The notes under the pieces were generated by a model, which was not told where the DNA came from, made no database searches, and saw only the letters and a program-made list of their open reading frames with translations. Shown piece after piece: positions 1 through 11,818 of a stretch of 64,000 nt of DNA (the stretch's first letter is position 1; every line of letters starts with the position of its first letter). Both the position numbers and the translations under genes were made by a program. The stretch is from Shigella phage SP21535, in sequence record PQ615101, one strand, 5' to 3'.

Positions 1-212
1 TCTAAACGGGGAACCTCTCTAGTAGACAATCCCGTGCTAAATGTTCTTTTGAACTAAATGCCTAACGACTATCCCTTTGGGGAGTAGGGTCAAGTGACTC
101 GAAACGATAGACATCTTGCTTCATCAAGATGGAGATATAGTCTGATCTGTATGGTGACATGCAGCTGGATATAATTCCGGGATAAGATTAACGACCTTAT
201 CTGAACATAATG
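1..212 (+). other. Group I intron, 3' portion (td intron); 5' end lies outside the window; no endonuclease ORF in the visible part
   Basis: Shares core blocks with the nrdB intron in this window (tagggtcaagYgactcgaaa, gatatagtctgRtctg, gaacataaYg at the 3' end). Ends in G at 212, immediately before in-frame thymidylate synthase C-terminal coding sequence. Confidence 0.75.
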
Positions 213-524
213 CTTCCATTCAACATTGCCTCGTACGCTGCCTTGACGCATATTGTGGCTAAGATGTGTAATCTTATCCCAGGAGATTTGATATTTTCTG
301 GTGGTAATACTCATATCTATATGAATCACGTAGAACAATGTAAAGAAATTTTGCGTCGTGAGCCTAAAGAACTGTGTGAACTTAAAATTGATTGGCCTAT
401 AGAGTTTGGAAATTGTGACACCGAAACACAGCTTTACTGGTTAACTGAATACATGAAACCGAAAGATTTTATCCTTGAAAATTATGAATCGCATCCAGCA
501 ATTAAAGGGAAAATGGCAATATGA
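213..524 (+). CDS. td: Thymidylate synthase, exon 2 (C-terminal part); exon 1 is outside the window
   Basis: Translation [54 protein letters not shown]... matches the thymidylate synthase C-terminus. The ATG at 210 in the ORF track is formed by the last intron bases. Confidence 0.85.
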   Translation, partial: LPFNIASYAALTHIVAKMCNLIPGDLIFSGGNTHIYMNHVEQCKEILRREPKELCELKIDWPIEFGNCDTETQLYWLTEYMKPKDFILENYESHPAIKGKMAI

Positions 525-784
525 TTTTACGATTTAAAGATACTTCTGGTGTCGTTCTTTTTACACTTCCTAATCCAAGCGAGTTAGAAGTTCCAGGACC
601 AAATCAGCCTATTATCATTTATGGCAAAAAATATTATACTCATAAAATGACTCGCGAGTATTTTGATAATAAAATTTCCACAGTTAAAATTTCTTCTGAT
701 TGTTACTATGATATTACTGTTTTAACGGAAAAACAATATGACGAATTATCACCGCGCGGGCCGTCTATGCCAGGTAGTGAATAA
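521..784 (+). CDS. Hypothetical protein (87 aa)
   Basis: ORF whose start overlaps the td stop (ATGA); typical compact phage early-gene packing. Confidence 0.5.
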   Translation: MILRFKDTSGVVLFTLPNPSELEVPGPNQPIIIYGKKYYTHKMTREYFDNKISTVKISSDCYYDITVLTEKQYDELSPRGPSMPGSE

Positions 785-798
785 ATACAAATCCGACT

Positions 799-1065
799 TT
801 GATGTTAATATTCACCGTGGTACATTTTGGGGGAAATTACGTCGGTAAAGATGCTGGCAGCCTCCCGGCTGCCATTGAATTATTCAAAAAAGATTTTATA
901 CGTCGAATTAAATCCGGAGAAATAACTAAAGCACATTTAGAGCCTTTACGTGGAATGAGGCTAGGATGCACATGTAAACCAAAGCCGTGTCATGGTGATA
1001 TAATAGCTCATATAGTTAACCGATTGTTTAAAGACGATTTTCAAGTTGAGGACTTATGCAATTAA
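799..1065 (+). CDS. Hypothetical protein (88 aa), Cys/His-containing
   Basis: ORF ending in overlap with the nrdA start. Confidence 0.45.
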   Translation: MMLIFTVVHFGGNYVGKDAGSLPAAIELFKKDFIRRIKSGEITKAHLEPLRGMRLGCTCKPKPCHGDIIAHIVNRLFKDDFQVEDLCN

Positions 1066-3320
1066 TTAATGTTATCAAAAGTAGTGGTGTTTCTCAAAGC
1101 TTTGACCCGCAAAAAATTATTAAAGTTTTATCTTGGGCAGCTGAAGGAACATCTGTAGATCCTTATGAATTATATGAAAATATTAAATCATATCTCCGTG
1201 ATGGAATGACAACTGATGACATTCAGACTATTGTCATTAAGGCTGCTGCGAATTCTATTTCGGTTGAAGAGCCTGATTATCAATACGTAGCTGCACGCTG
1301 TTTAATGTTCGCTCTTCGTAAGCATGTTTATGGGCAGTATGAACCACGTTCATTTATTGACCATATTTCTTACTGCGTAAATGAAGGTAAATATGACCCT
1401 GAATTATTGTCAAAATATTCAGCAGAAGAAATTACATTTTTAGAATCAAAAATTAAGCACGAACGGGATATGGAATTTACTTATTCCGGGGCGATGCAAT
1501 TAAAAGAAAAATATCTAGTTAAAGATAAAACCACTGGTCAAATTTATGAAACTCCACAGTTTGCATTTATGACTATTGGAATGGCATTGCATCAAGATGA
1601 ACCTGTTGATAGATTAAAACACGTTATCCGTTTTTATGAAGCAGTATCTACTCGACAGATTTCATTACCAACTCCTATTATGGCTGGTTGCCGTACTCCA
1701 ACTCGGCAGTTTAGTTCATGCGTTGTTATTGAGGCAGGTGATTCGCTGAAGTCTATCAATAAGGCTTCTGCTTCAATTGTTGAATATATCTCCAAACGCG
1801 CTGGAATTGGTATTAACGTTGGTATGATTCGTGCCGAAGGTTCTAAGATTGGCATGGGTGAAGTACGCCATACTGGTGTTATTCCTTTTTGGAAACATTT
1901 TCAGACTGCAGTTAAATCATGCTCACAGGGTGGAATTCGTGGCGGCGCTGCTACTGCTTATTATCCTATTTGGCATTTGGAAGTTGAAAATCTTCTCGTT
2001 TTGAAAAATAACAAAGGCGTAGAAGAAAACCGCATTCGTCATATGGATTATGGCGTTCAACTGAATGATTTGATGATGGAACGATTCGGAAAGAACGACT
2101 ACATTACCTTGTTCAGTCCACATGAAATGGGTGGCGAGCTTTATTATTCTTATTTTAAAGACCAAGACCGTTTCCGTGAATTATATGAAGCCGCAGAAAA
2201 AGACCCTAATATTCGTAAAAAGCGTATTAAAGCCCGTGAACTGTTTGAATTGCTCATGACTGAACGCTCAGGAACAGCAAGGATTTATGTACAGTTCATT
2301 GATAATACGAATAACTATACTCCGTTTATTCGTGAAAAGGCACCTATTCGTCAGAGTAACTTGTGTTGTGAAATTGCTATTCCAACAAATGATGTGAATA
2401 GTCCTGATGCTGAAATTGGATTGTGTACCCTTAGCGCATTTGTGTTGGATAACTTCGATTGGCAAGACCAAGATAAAATTAATGAATTGGCAGAAGTTCA
2501 AGTTCGTGCTCTTGATAATCTGTTGGATTACCAAGGATATCCAGTTCCTGAAGCAGAAAAAGCTAAAAAGCGTCGAAATCTTGGTGTAGGTGTTACTAAC
2601 TATGCAGCTTGGCTGGCAAGTAACTTTGCTTCTTATGAAGATGCTAACGATTTAACACATGAACTATTTGAGAGATTGCAGTATGGACTCATTAAAGCAT
2701 CCATTAAGCTCGCCAAAGAAAAAGGACCTTGCGAATATTATTCAGACACTCGTTGGTCTCGAGGCGAATTACCTATCGACTGGTACAATAAAAAGATTGA
2801 CCAAATCGCAGCTCCAAAATACGTTTGTGACTGGTCGTCGCTGCGGGAAGACCTTAAGCTCTTTGGCATCCGTAATAGCACATTATCAGCACTTATGCCA
2901 TGTGAGTCATCTTCCCAAGTTTCCAACAGTACAAACGGTATCGAGCCTCCACGTGGACCAGTATCTGTTAAAGAATCAAAAGAGGGTTCCTTTAATCAAG
3001 TCGTGCCCAATATTGAACATAACATAGACCTATATGATTATACATGGAAATTAGCTAAGAAAGGTAATAAACCTTATCTTACGCAGGTAGCTATTATGCT
3101 GAAATGGGTATGTCAATCAGCTTCAGCGAATACATATTATGACCCGCAGATTTTTCCAAAAGGAAAGGTTCCAATGTCTGTAATGATTGATGACATGCTA
3201 TACGGATGGTATTATGGCATTAAAAACTTTTATTATCATAATACCCGCGATGGTTCTGGTACTGATGATTATGAAATAGAAACTCCTAAAGCAGATGATT
3301 GTTCATCCTGTAAATTATGA
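1056..3320 (+). CDS. nrdA: Ribonucleoside-diphosphate reductase alpha subunit
   Basis: 754 aa; N-terminal ATP-cone region, active-site Cys/Glu-containing core and C-terminal CxxC tail (DDCSSCKL) typical of class Ia NrdA. Confidence 0.95.
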   Translation: MQLINVIKSSGVSQSFDPQKIIKVLSWAAEGTSVDPYELYENIKSYLRDGMTTDDIQTIVIKAAANSISVEEPDYQYVAARCLMFALRKHVYGQYEPRSFIDHISYCVNEGKYDPELLSKYSAEEITFLESKIKHERDMEFTYSGAMQLKEKYLVKDKTTGQIYETPQFAFMTIGMALHQDEPVDRLKHVIRFYEAVSTRQISLPTPIMAGCRTPTRQFSSCVVIEAGDSLKSINKASASIVEYISKRAGIGINVGMIRAEGSKIGMGEVRHTGVIPFWKHFQTAVKSCSQGGIRGGAATAYYPIWHLEVENLLVLKNNKGVEENRIRHMDYGVQLNDLMMERFGKNDYITLFSPHEMGGELYYSYFKDQDRFRELYEAAEKDPNIRKKRIKARELFELLMTERSGTARIYVQFIDNTNNYTPFIREKAPIRQSNLCCEIAIPTNDVNSPDAEIGLCTLSAFVLDNFDWQDQDKINELAEVQVRALDNLLDYQGYPVPEAEKAKKRRNLGVGVTNYAAWLASNFASYEDANDLTHELFERLQYGLIKASIKLAKEKGPCEYYSDTRWSRGELPIDWYNKKIDQIAAPKYVCDWSSLREDLKLFGIRNSTLSALMPCESSSQVSNSTNGIEPPRGPVSVKESKEGSFNQVVPNIEHNIDLYDYTWKLAKKGNKPYLTQVAIMLKWVCQSASANTYYDPQIFPKGKVPMSVMIDDMLYGWYYGIKNFYYHNTRDGSGTDDYEIETPKADDCSSCKL

Positions 3321-4929
3321 TATAATTACCACAAGGATGTGGTTAACTAAGAATAACGCTATGTTTGATAATATATACAAAAACGGAAAGTTTCTTCCAT
3401 TTGGAGAAGAAAAACTTAAATCTAGACTAACAGAAGAAGATAAAGCTCTTCTAACTGATGGAATAGATTTTAAGCTCAATGTGTTCCAAATTATGGAAGG
3501 CATTGACATTAACGATCTAAAATGTGCAGTTTGTGGAAATTTCATTTCTCTGAAAACAGCAAAGAAACGTGTATTTCCAGCAACATGTAGTAAATCCTGC
3601 GCAGGGATATTTTTCGCGGATAAGAGAATTCAAAGCCGTGATACAAATTTTGGCGGAAAAGAAAAATATAAAAAATATTTGTCTGAACTTCAACACAAAA
3701 ATTCTTTAGAAAAATATGGAACAACTCATCAAAAAATTTCAAGAAATAAAAATAGAAAAACTTTAATTGAACGATATGGGGTAACGCATAATTCACAATT
3801 AGAAAGTGTGAAAGAAGCGAGAAAAGTTATAGAAAACGGTAAATCAGTTGATATTCTGCATTCTAGAAAATCTCGCGAAAAATCTAAGAAGACTAAATTA
3901 AATTGGACTGAAGAATATAAGGCATCGTTATATTCATCTATAGGAAAATCTATTAAAAATAACGGTCATATTAATCATGATATACTAGATAAAATCAATT
4001 ACAAAATTTCTATAGAAGAACTACAACAATTAGCAAATTGTTCTCGGATGACGGCTTATAGAGCTCTTTCATCCAAAGGACTAATTGACGTTCATTATAC
4101 TCAAAGTTCTATAGAGCAATTCATTTTAGATCTAGGATTTGATTGCGTAGAAACTAGAAAAATTATTCCTCCGTATGAATTAGATATTTACATTCCTGAG
4201 AAAAAATTGGCTATAGAATACGATGGAATTTATTGGCATTCTAGCGGGTCAAAGGAAACAGATAAAATTAAAGAAACTTATCATTTGATGAAGACAGAGA
4301 TGTGTGAAGCACAAGGAATTCAATTACTTCACATCTTCGAAAATGAATGGATTGATGATACAAAAAGAGAGATCTGGAAATCCATTATAAAGCATAAATT
4401 AGGATTATCAGAAAGAATACCAGCCCGAAAATGCAAAGCGCGTTTTGTTAATAAGGATGAGGCAAAAGAATTTATTAATAAGAATCATCTTCAAGGATTT
4501 TGCTCGGGAGCTCATACGTATAAAGGACTTTATTACAATAATGAGTTAGTTCAAATTATTTCTATCGGTAAATCTAGATATAGCACAGGTGATGAACTTT
4601 TAAGGATGTGTTCAAAATTGGGGGTTTGTGTTGTAGGAGGAGCCTCAAAATTATTAAAAGGAATTAATTGTCTATCTTATGGCAATCGAAGATGGTGCAG
4701 TACATTATCAAATGTTTATGACTCTGTCATGGAATTTAGTCATATCTCTGAGCCATGTTATTGGTACGTCGATAAAGGAGAGGTATTTCACCGCTCAAGC
4801 TATATGAAACATAAGCTTAAAAACAAGCTTAAAAATTATGATGATACAATAACTGAAGTAGAAAATTGTTATGCAAATGGTCTTAGAAGAATCTGGGACT
4901 GTGGAAATTTAGTTTACAGGACAAAATAA
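3295..4929 (+). CDS. Large endonuclease-like protein (Hef-like candidate) between nrdA and nrdB; start uncertain (alternative ATG at 3337)
   Basis: 530-544 aa ORF with Cys-rich N-terminal segment (CAVCGNF...ATCSKSC), repeated KYG-T-TH / RYG-V-TH modules, and a C-terminal segment YELDIYIPEKKLAIEYDGIYWHS resembling a PD-(D/E)xK / Vsr-like nuclease motif. It occupies the nrdA-nrdB slot where T-even phages carry mobile endonuclease genes. Confidence 0.6.
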   Translation: MIVHPVNYDIITTRMWLTKNNAMFDNIYKNGKFLPFGEEKLKSRLTEEDKALLTDGIDFKLNVFQIMEGIDINDLKCAVCGNFISLKTAKKRVFPATCSKSCAGIFFADKRIQSRDTNFGGKEKYKKYLSELQHKNSLEKYGTTHQKISRNKNRKTLIERYGVTHNSQLESVKEARKVIENGKSVDILHSRKSREKSKKTKLNWTEEYKASLYSSIGKSIKNNGHINHDILDKINYKISIEELQQLANCSRMTAYRALSSKGLIDVHYTQSSIEQFILDLGFDCVETRKIIPPYELDIYIPEKKLAIEYDGIYWHSSGSKETDKIKETYHLMKTEMCEAQGIQLLHIFENEWIDDTKREIWKSIIKHKLGLSERIPARKCKARFVNKDEAKEFINKNHLQGFCSGAHTYKGLYYNNELVQIISIGKSRYSTGDELLRMCSKLGVCVVGGASKLLKGINCLSYGNRRWCSTLSNVYDSVMEFSHISEPCYWYVDKGEVFHRSSYMKHKLKNKLKNYDDTITEVENCYANGLRRIWDCGNLVYRTK

Positions 4930-5604
4930 TGAGTACAGTTTTTAATACTAAACAGGTTGATGTTTTAAAAGAACCTATGTTTTTTGGTTCAGGTCTTGGA
5001 ATTGCGCGTTATGATATTCAACGACATAGGGTATTTGAAGAACTTATTGAACGTCAGCTCTCGTTTTTCTGGCGTCCTGAAGAAGTAAACTTGATGATGG
5101 ATGCTACTCAATTTAATAAGCTTCCTCAGTATCAACAAAATATTTTTACTAATAATCTGAAGTATCAATCATTACTTGATAGTATTCAAGGTCGTGCGCC
5201 GTCTGCTGTACTTATGCCATTGCTTTCAGACCCAAGCCTTGATACATGGGTTGCTACATGGACTTTTAGTGAAACTATTCACAGTCGTTCATATACTCAT
5301 ATCATGCGAAATCTTTATACTGATCCGTCAAAGGTATTTGATGAGATTGTATTAGATGAAGCTATCATGAAACGTGCTGAATCCATTGGACGTTATTATG
5401 ATGACGTTCTGATTAAAACCCGTGAATGGGAAAATGCTAAAGAATTTGTAGAACTAGCTAAAGAATCTCCTGATGCCGACTTTCGTTTAAACCGGGCTAT
5501 TAAGCAAGAAGCCGAAGCTAAACGTGCTTTAATGAAATCTCTTTACCTCTGTTTGCACGTTATTAATGCCTTAGAAGCTATTCGTTTTTATGTATCTTTT
5601 GCGT
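4929..5604 (+). CDS. nrdB: Ribonucleotide reductase beta subunit, exon 1
   Basis: Translation ends ...ALEAIRFYVSFA, the conserved NrdB helix; the frame is interrupted by the intron after gcgT at 5604. Confidence 0.85.
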
Positions 5605-5904
5605 AAAATGCGCCTTTAAACGGTAACGTTTATCGAAAACTCCTTTAATTGCTGGAAAGTCCTTTATAGGAAAACTAGCAGCCAAGGTTTTGCTTGCACC
5701 TTTAATTAGTATAATATGATTATACTTTTAAGAGGATGCACAATTGCAAAGCAAGGTTCAACGACTAGTCTTCGGACGTAGGGTCAAGCGACTCGAAATG
5801 GGGAGAATCCCTCTGGGATTGTGATATAGTCTGGTCTGCATAGTAATATGTAGCAGTTCATAAGAGAACGGGTTGAGAATTAGCGAGCTCAATCGAACAT
5901 AACG
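5605..5904 (+). other. Group I intron in nrdB, ORF-less (about 300 nt)
   Basis: Joining 5604 to 5905 restores the conserved NrdB sequence (VSFA-C-TFNFHKNMEIMEGNAK). The intron ends in G, shares core motifs with the td intron, and has no ORF of 60 aa or more. Confidence 0.8.
5688..5716 (+). promoter_or_regulatory. Middle-promoter-like element inside the nrdB intron (MotA-box-like ttTGCTTgcA, then TATAAT)
   Basis: Motif match only. It is followed by ATG and a 21-codon mini-ORF, possibly a remnant of a lost intron ORF. Confidence 0.25.
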
Positions 5905-6407
5905 GTACCTTTAACTTCCATAAGAACATGGAAATCATGGAAGGTAATGCCAAAATTATGAAGTTCATTGCACGTGATGAGCAACTTCATCTTAAAGGCA
6001 CTCAATATATTATTCGTCAACTTCAATCCGGTACTGATGGCGATGAATGGGTTAAAATTGCTCAAGAGTGTGAACAAGAAGCAGTTGATATTTTCATGGA
6101 AGTTAATCGCCAAGAAAAAGATTGGGCAGTTCATTTATTTAAAGATGGCGATGTTCCTGGATTAAATACAAATAGCATGTGGAGCTTTATTGATTACTTA
6201 ACTGTATCTCGTATGAAACAGTGTGGTCTTCCATGCCCAATTACCGATGCTCCGATTAAACATCCATATCCTTGGATTCGTGAATATCTTAATTCTGATA
6301 ATGTTCAATCCGCGCCACAAGAAGTAGAACTGTCATCTTACCTTGTTGCACAGATTGATAATGATGTTGATGATAAAGTTATGATGAGTTTTAAAAAATA
6401 CTTTTAA
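5905..6407 (+). CDS. nrdB: Ribonucleotide reductase beta subunit, exon 2
   Basis: In-frame continuation MEGNAKIMKFIARDEQLHLKGTQYIIRQL..., the radical/diiron-site C-terminal half of NrdB. Confidence 0.85.
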
Positions 6408-6412
6408 GGAGT

Positions 6413-6434
6413 GGGCCGCAAGGCCCATTTTATT
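6413..6434 (+). promoter_or_regulatory. GC hairpin (gggccgcaaggccc) plus T-rich tract immediately upstream of the denA ATG; attenuator or translational regulatory structure
   Basis: Perfect 5-bp GC stem directly between the nrdB stop and the denA start. Confidence 0.3.
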
Positions 6435-8022
<1,588 letters not shown>

Positions 8023-8025
8023 GCT

Positions 8026-8083
8026 GTTTACAAGTCCCTCGTGTTGTGTTACAGTAGTCTTACTGACATAACATGAGGACTTT
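8026..8083 (+). promoter_or_regulatory. Early promoter cassette, copy A (GTTTAC -35, TACAGT -10, GAGGA Shine-Dalgarno)
   Basis: About 54-nt block nearly identical (2 mismatches) to 20179-20236; each sits directly upstream of a gene start. Confidence 0.5.
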
Positions 8084-8086
8084 ATG

Positions 8087-8590
8087 ATGGATTTACAGCT
8101 TATTACTACTGAAATGGTCGTTGAAGCATATGGTGATACTACAGATGGGATTTCTGTATTTAAAGGAAATCGTCGAGTTGGATATATCACCGATCTTAAG
8201 AAAGATTTAGCTAAGCAAGTCAAGCGGAAAACGACCATTAAAGAATATCGAAATCGTCGTCTTGAGCAAGCCCGTGATATGCTTCCTGATGCAGTTGAGG
8301 AGATGAAAGTCTTTTTAGAAAATCAGCTTGCGAAATATGATTGTGATGTGTTCATTAATCAGACTCAACCTAATGTTCATATCAATAACTGTAAATGCTA
8401 TATCATCGTTAATCCTTTGACGGGAAAACATCGTCTTGGAATCAGTAATCCAAATCGTAGCGCATCGGATATGGCAGAAGATGTTGAGGCATGCTTTAAA
8501 ATTTCTAAATCTCCGGCTGAACATCACATTTTAATTAACGGTCTTTCTCAAGACGATATTGTAGAGGTTATTAAAACTTTATGCATGTAA
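8087..8590 (+). CDS. alc: Alc, inhibitor of host transcription
   Basis: MDLQLITTEMVVEAYGDTTDGISVFKGNRRVGYITDLKKDLAKQVKRK... about 167 aa, matches T4 Alc as recalled. Confidence 0.85.
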   Translation: MDLQLITTEMVVEAYGDTTDGISVFKGNRRVGYITDLKKDLAKQVKRKTTIKEYRNRRLEQARDMLPDAVEEMKVFLENQLAKYDCDVFINQTQPNVHINNCKCYIIVNPLTGKHRLGISNPNRSASDMAEDVEACFKISKSPAEHHILINGLSQDDIVEVIKTLCM

Positions 8591-8934
8591 GTAATTTTAC
8601 AGCTGGATTGCTATTACTTGTAATAGCATTTGGCGGAACATCTATTATTTTAAAAAATAAGGTAGAAAGATTAGAAACATCGGTTACTGAAATTACAAAA
8701 ACGGCCAATGAAAACGCTTTAGCATTAGATAATTTGCGAATTCAGTATAATTATATTGATGCGATGAATAATAAAAATCGTGAGGCAATTGCTGCTATTG
8801 AGCGTGAAAATGAAAAACTGCGCAAAGATGCAAAGAAGGCGGATGTGGTGGCTCATAAGCCAGGATTGGTTGAAAAACAAATCAACAACTCCTTCAACAA
8901 GTTCGCAGAAGACATCCAGGACCTTTCTAAATGA
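8581..8934 (+). CDS. pseT.3: Inner-membrane spanin component (i-spanin)
   Basis: N-terminal transmembrane segment (FTAGLLLLVIAFGGTSIIL) followed by a charged coiled-coil-like region; overlaps the next gene. Confidence 0.7.
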   Translation: MHVSNFTAGLLLLVIAFGGTSIILKNKVERLETSVTEITKTANENALALDNLRIQYNYIDAMNNKNREAIAAIERENEKLRKDAKKADVVAHKPGLVEKQINNSFNKFAEDIQDLSK

Positions 8935-9230
8935 TTAAACTATCAGCAGTAATATTATCTATTGGTCTTCTAGTTGGTTGTTCGACAAAGCCTCTAGAAG
9001 TAAAGAAAGAAACAGTTCATCCTAATTGGCCTGTACAAATAAAGTCATATGATGAAGCTAAACTATCTTGGCAAGTTAAAGTTATTGATGGTAAAGCTTG
9101 GGTCGGTATGCCATTTGAAGATTCCCAGGAATTTCGTATTTGGCTTAATGATGTAAAACGATATGTACATGATCAGAAAACTATGATATGTTATTATCGT
9201 CAAGAGCTAAAAGAGGATAAATGCAAATGA
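8931..9230 (+). CDS. pseT.2: Outer-membrane lipoprotein spanin component (o-spanin)
   Basis: Signal peptide with lipobox LLVGC-S; gene start overlaps the i-spanin stop. Confidence 0.7.
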   Translation: MIKLSAVILSIGLLVGCSTKPLEVKKETVHPNWPVQIKSYDEAKLSWQVKVIDGKAWVGMPFEDSQEFRIWLNDVKRYVHDQKTMICYYRQELKEDKCK

Positions 9231-9453
9231 TTTCATGGCATCAATTTGAACATCTCAAAGGATTGATTTATGAATCCGAGATGGCTGCAATGATTTATGG
9301 ACGCCAGATTCAGCGGTTAGAATCTTTACCTCCAACTAATGATGTTTTATTAGCTCAATCACGTGCTAATCTCAAAAATGAATATCAAAATAAGTGGGGC
9401 AAAGCATCTAAAGACCTGCATGATTATATTCAATCACTGGTTGAGAAAAATAA

Positions 9454-9457
<4 letters not shown>
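9221..9457 (+). CDS. Hypothetical protein (78 aa)
   Basis: ORF overlapping both neighbours in an operon-like arrangement. Confidence 0.55.
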
Positions 9458-10658
<1,201 letters not shown>

Positions 10659-10722
10659 TGGCTTGGCACCATGAAACTTGGACTATTATTAATTGGCTCG
10701 AAGAAAATTATGTGAGGTAAAT

Positions 10723-10998
10723 ATGTTTCCGACTTACTCTAAAATCGTAGAAGTAGTGTTTAGCCAAATTATCGCTAATAATATGTTTGAAAAACTTGAT
10801 AACGCAGCTGAGCTTCGAATCCACGCTCAAGTGACTCATGTATTGAACACTTTGCTTCCAGATCAGGTGGATTCTGTTGCCATTACGCTGTATCCAGGTT
10901 CCGCGCATATCATTGTTGTATTCGGTCTTGATGCTGAGCTAGTCATCAAAGGCGACATTCGCTTTGAATCTCAAACTGCGGAATTCAAAGCGATTTAA
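10723..10998 (+). CDS. Hypothetical protein (about 91 aa; ORF track starts at 10693)
   Basis: ORF in the pseT-cd interval. Confidence 0.5.
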   Translation: MFPTYSKIVEVVFSQIIANNMFEKLDNAAELRIHAQVTHVLNTLLPDQVDSVAITLYPGSAHIIVVFGLDAELVIKGDIRFESQTAEFKAI

Positions 10999-11000
10999 TA

Positions 11001-11039
11001 GTTTACTTTACGGTAGAGTTGTGATATTATAGCTCTACC
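11001..11039 (+). promoter_or_regulatory. Early promoter (GTTTAC -35, TATTAT -10) embedded in a stem-loop (ggtagag / ctctacc)
   Basis: Sigma70-like hexamers with 18-bp spacing; inverted repeat flanking the -10 element. Confidence 0.4.
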
Positions 11040-11060
11040 AAAACAAACGAGGAAATTGAA

Positions 11061-11588
11061 ATGAGCGAATGGTTTGAAGAAGATAAGGTTTATCGCTTTA
11101 AAACTGGGTATAAAGATATTTTTAATGAAACTTGCGGGGCTAATAAACGAATTGCCCAGTTTATTGGGGAAAATTCATTTAAAGTAAAAATTGACCCTGC
11201 AAAGAATGTTATTAGCATTAAACGCGAAATTGATGACTGCTGGTATAAAGCTGTTGATGTAATGGGCGAATCTTATAAAGTTAGCCCGTTATTTTCAATT
11301 GCTTATATGTCAGAATATTCTTTTTTCGAAGAAGTTCAAAAAGATGATTCTGTCAGTAAATTTGAAATTAAAACTGATAAAGAAATTAAGTGGAAAGTAG
11401 TAGGTATTACTGGTTGTATGTTTTATATCTATGCTCAAACTGATACGAAGGAAGAAGCTAAAAAGAAAGCTCTAGAATATCTTGAAGAGTATGAAGAAGG
11501 CCCGGTAATGATTACTCAAGATGCTGAATTAGTTTCTGTCAAATTAGTTAAAAACGTTGAAAGTAAGGAGCTGGGATCAACATGCTAA
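11061..11588 (+). CDS. Hypothetical protein (175 aa)
   Basis: ORF with RBS (gaggaaattgaaATG). Confidence 0.6.
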   Translation: MSEWFEEDKVYRFKTGYKDIFNETCGANKRIAQFIGENSFKVKIDPAKNVISIKREIDDCWYKAVDVMGESYKVSPLFSIAYMSEYSFFEEVQKDDSVSKFEIKTDKEIKWKVVGITGCMFYIYAQTDTKEEAKKKALEYLEEYEEGPVMITQDAELVSVKLVKNVESKELGSTC

Positions 11589-11818
11589 GTGAAAAACCAA
11601 TTACTGTTAAAGAATTCCAAGAAAAAGTTAAACTATTTGCACAGGAATTAGTAAATAAGGTTTCTGAACGATTTCCTGAAACATCGGTTCGTGTTATTAC
11701 CGAAACTCCTCGTTCAGTATTAGTAATTGTGAATCCAGGTGATGGCGATCAAATAACGCATCTTAAACTGGATTTTGATGGATTAGTTGAAGCACAAAGG
11801 GTGTATGGCGTACTATGA
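11582..11818 (+). CDS. Hypothetical protein (78 aa)
   Basis: Overlapping ORF in an operon. Confidence 0.55.
   Translation: MLSEKPITVKEFQEKVKLFAQELVNKVSERFPETSVRVITETPRSVLVIVNPGDGDQITHLKLDFDGLVEAQRVYGVL

Noticed and set aside
210-212. ATG at 210 used by the ORF track as the start of the thymidylate synthase ORF
   Set aside because: These bases are the 3' end of the group I intron (…cataatG). The exon begins at 213 and exon 1 lies upstream of the window.
1634-2534. Minus-strand ORFs of 73-88 aa inside nrdA
   Set aside because: Fully embedded antisense to a highly conserved gene; no RBS or conservation signal.
5604-5606. TAA stop terminating the nrdB ORF at 5606
   Set aside because: The stop is created by the intron. 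After splicing, T5604 joins GT5905-5906 to give a Cys codon.
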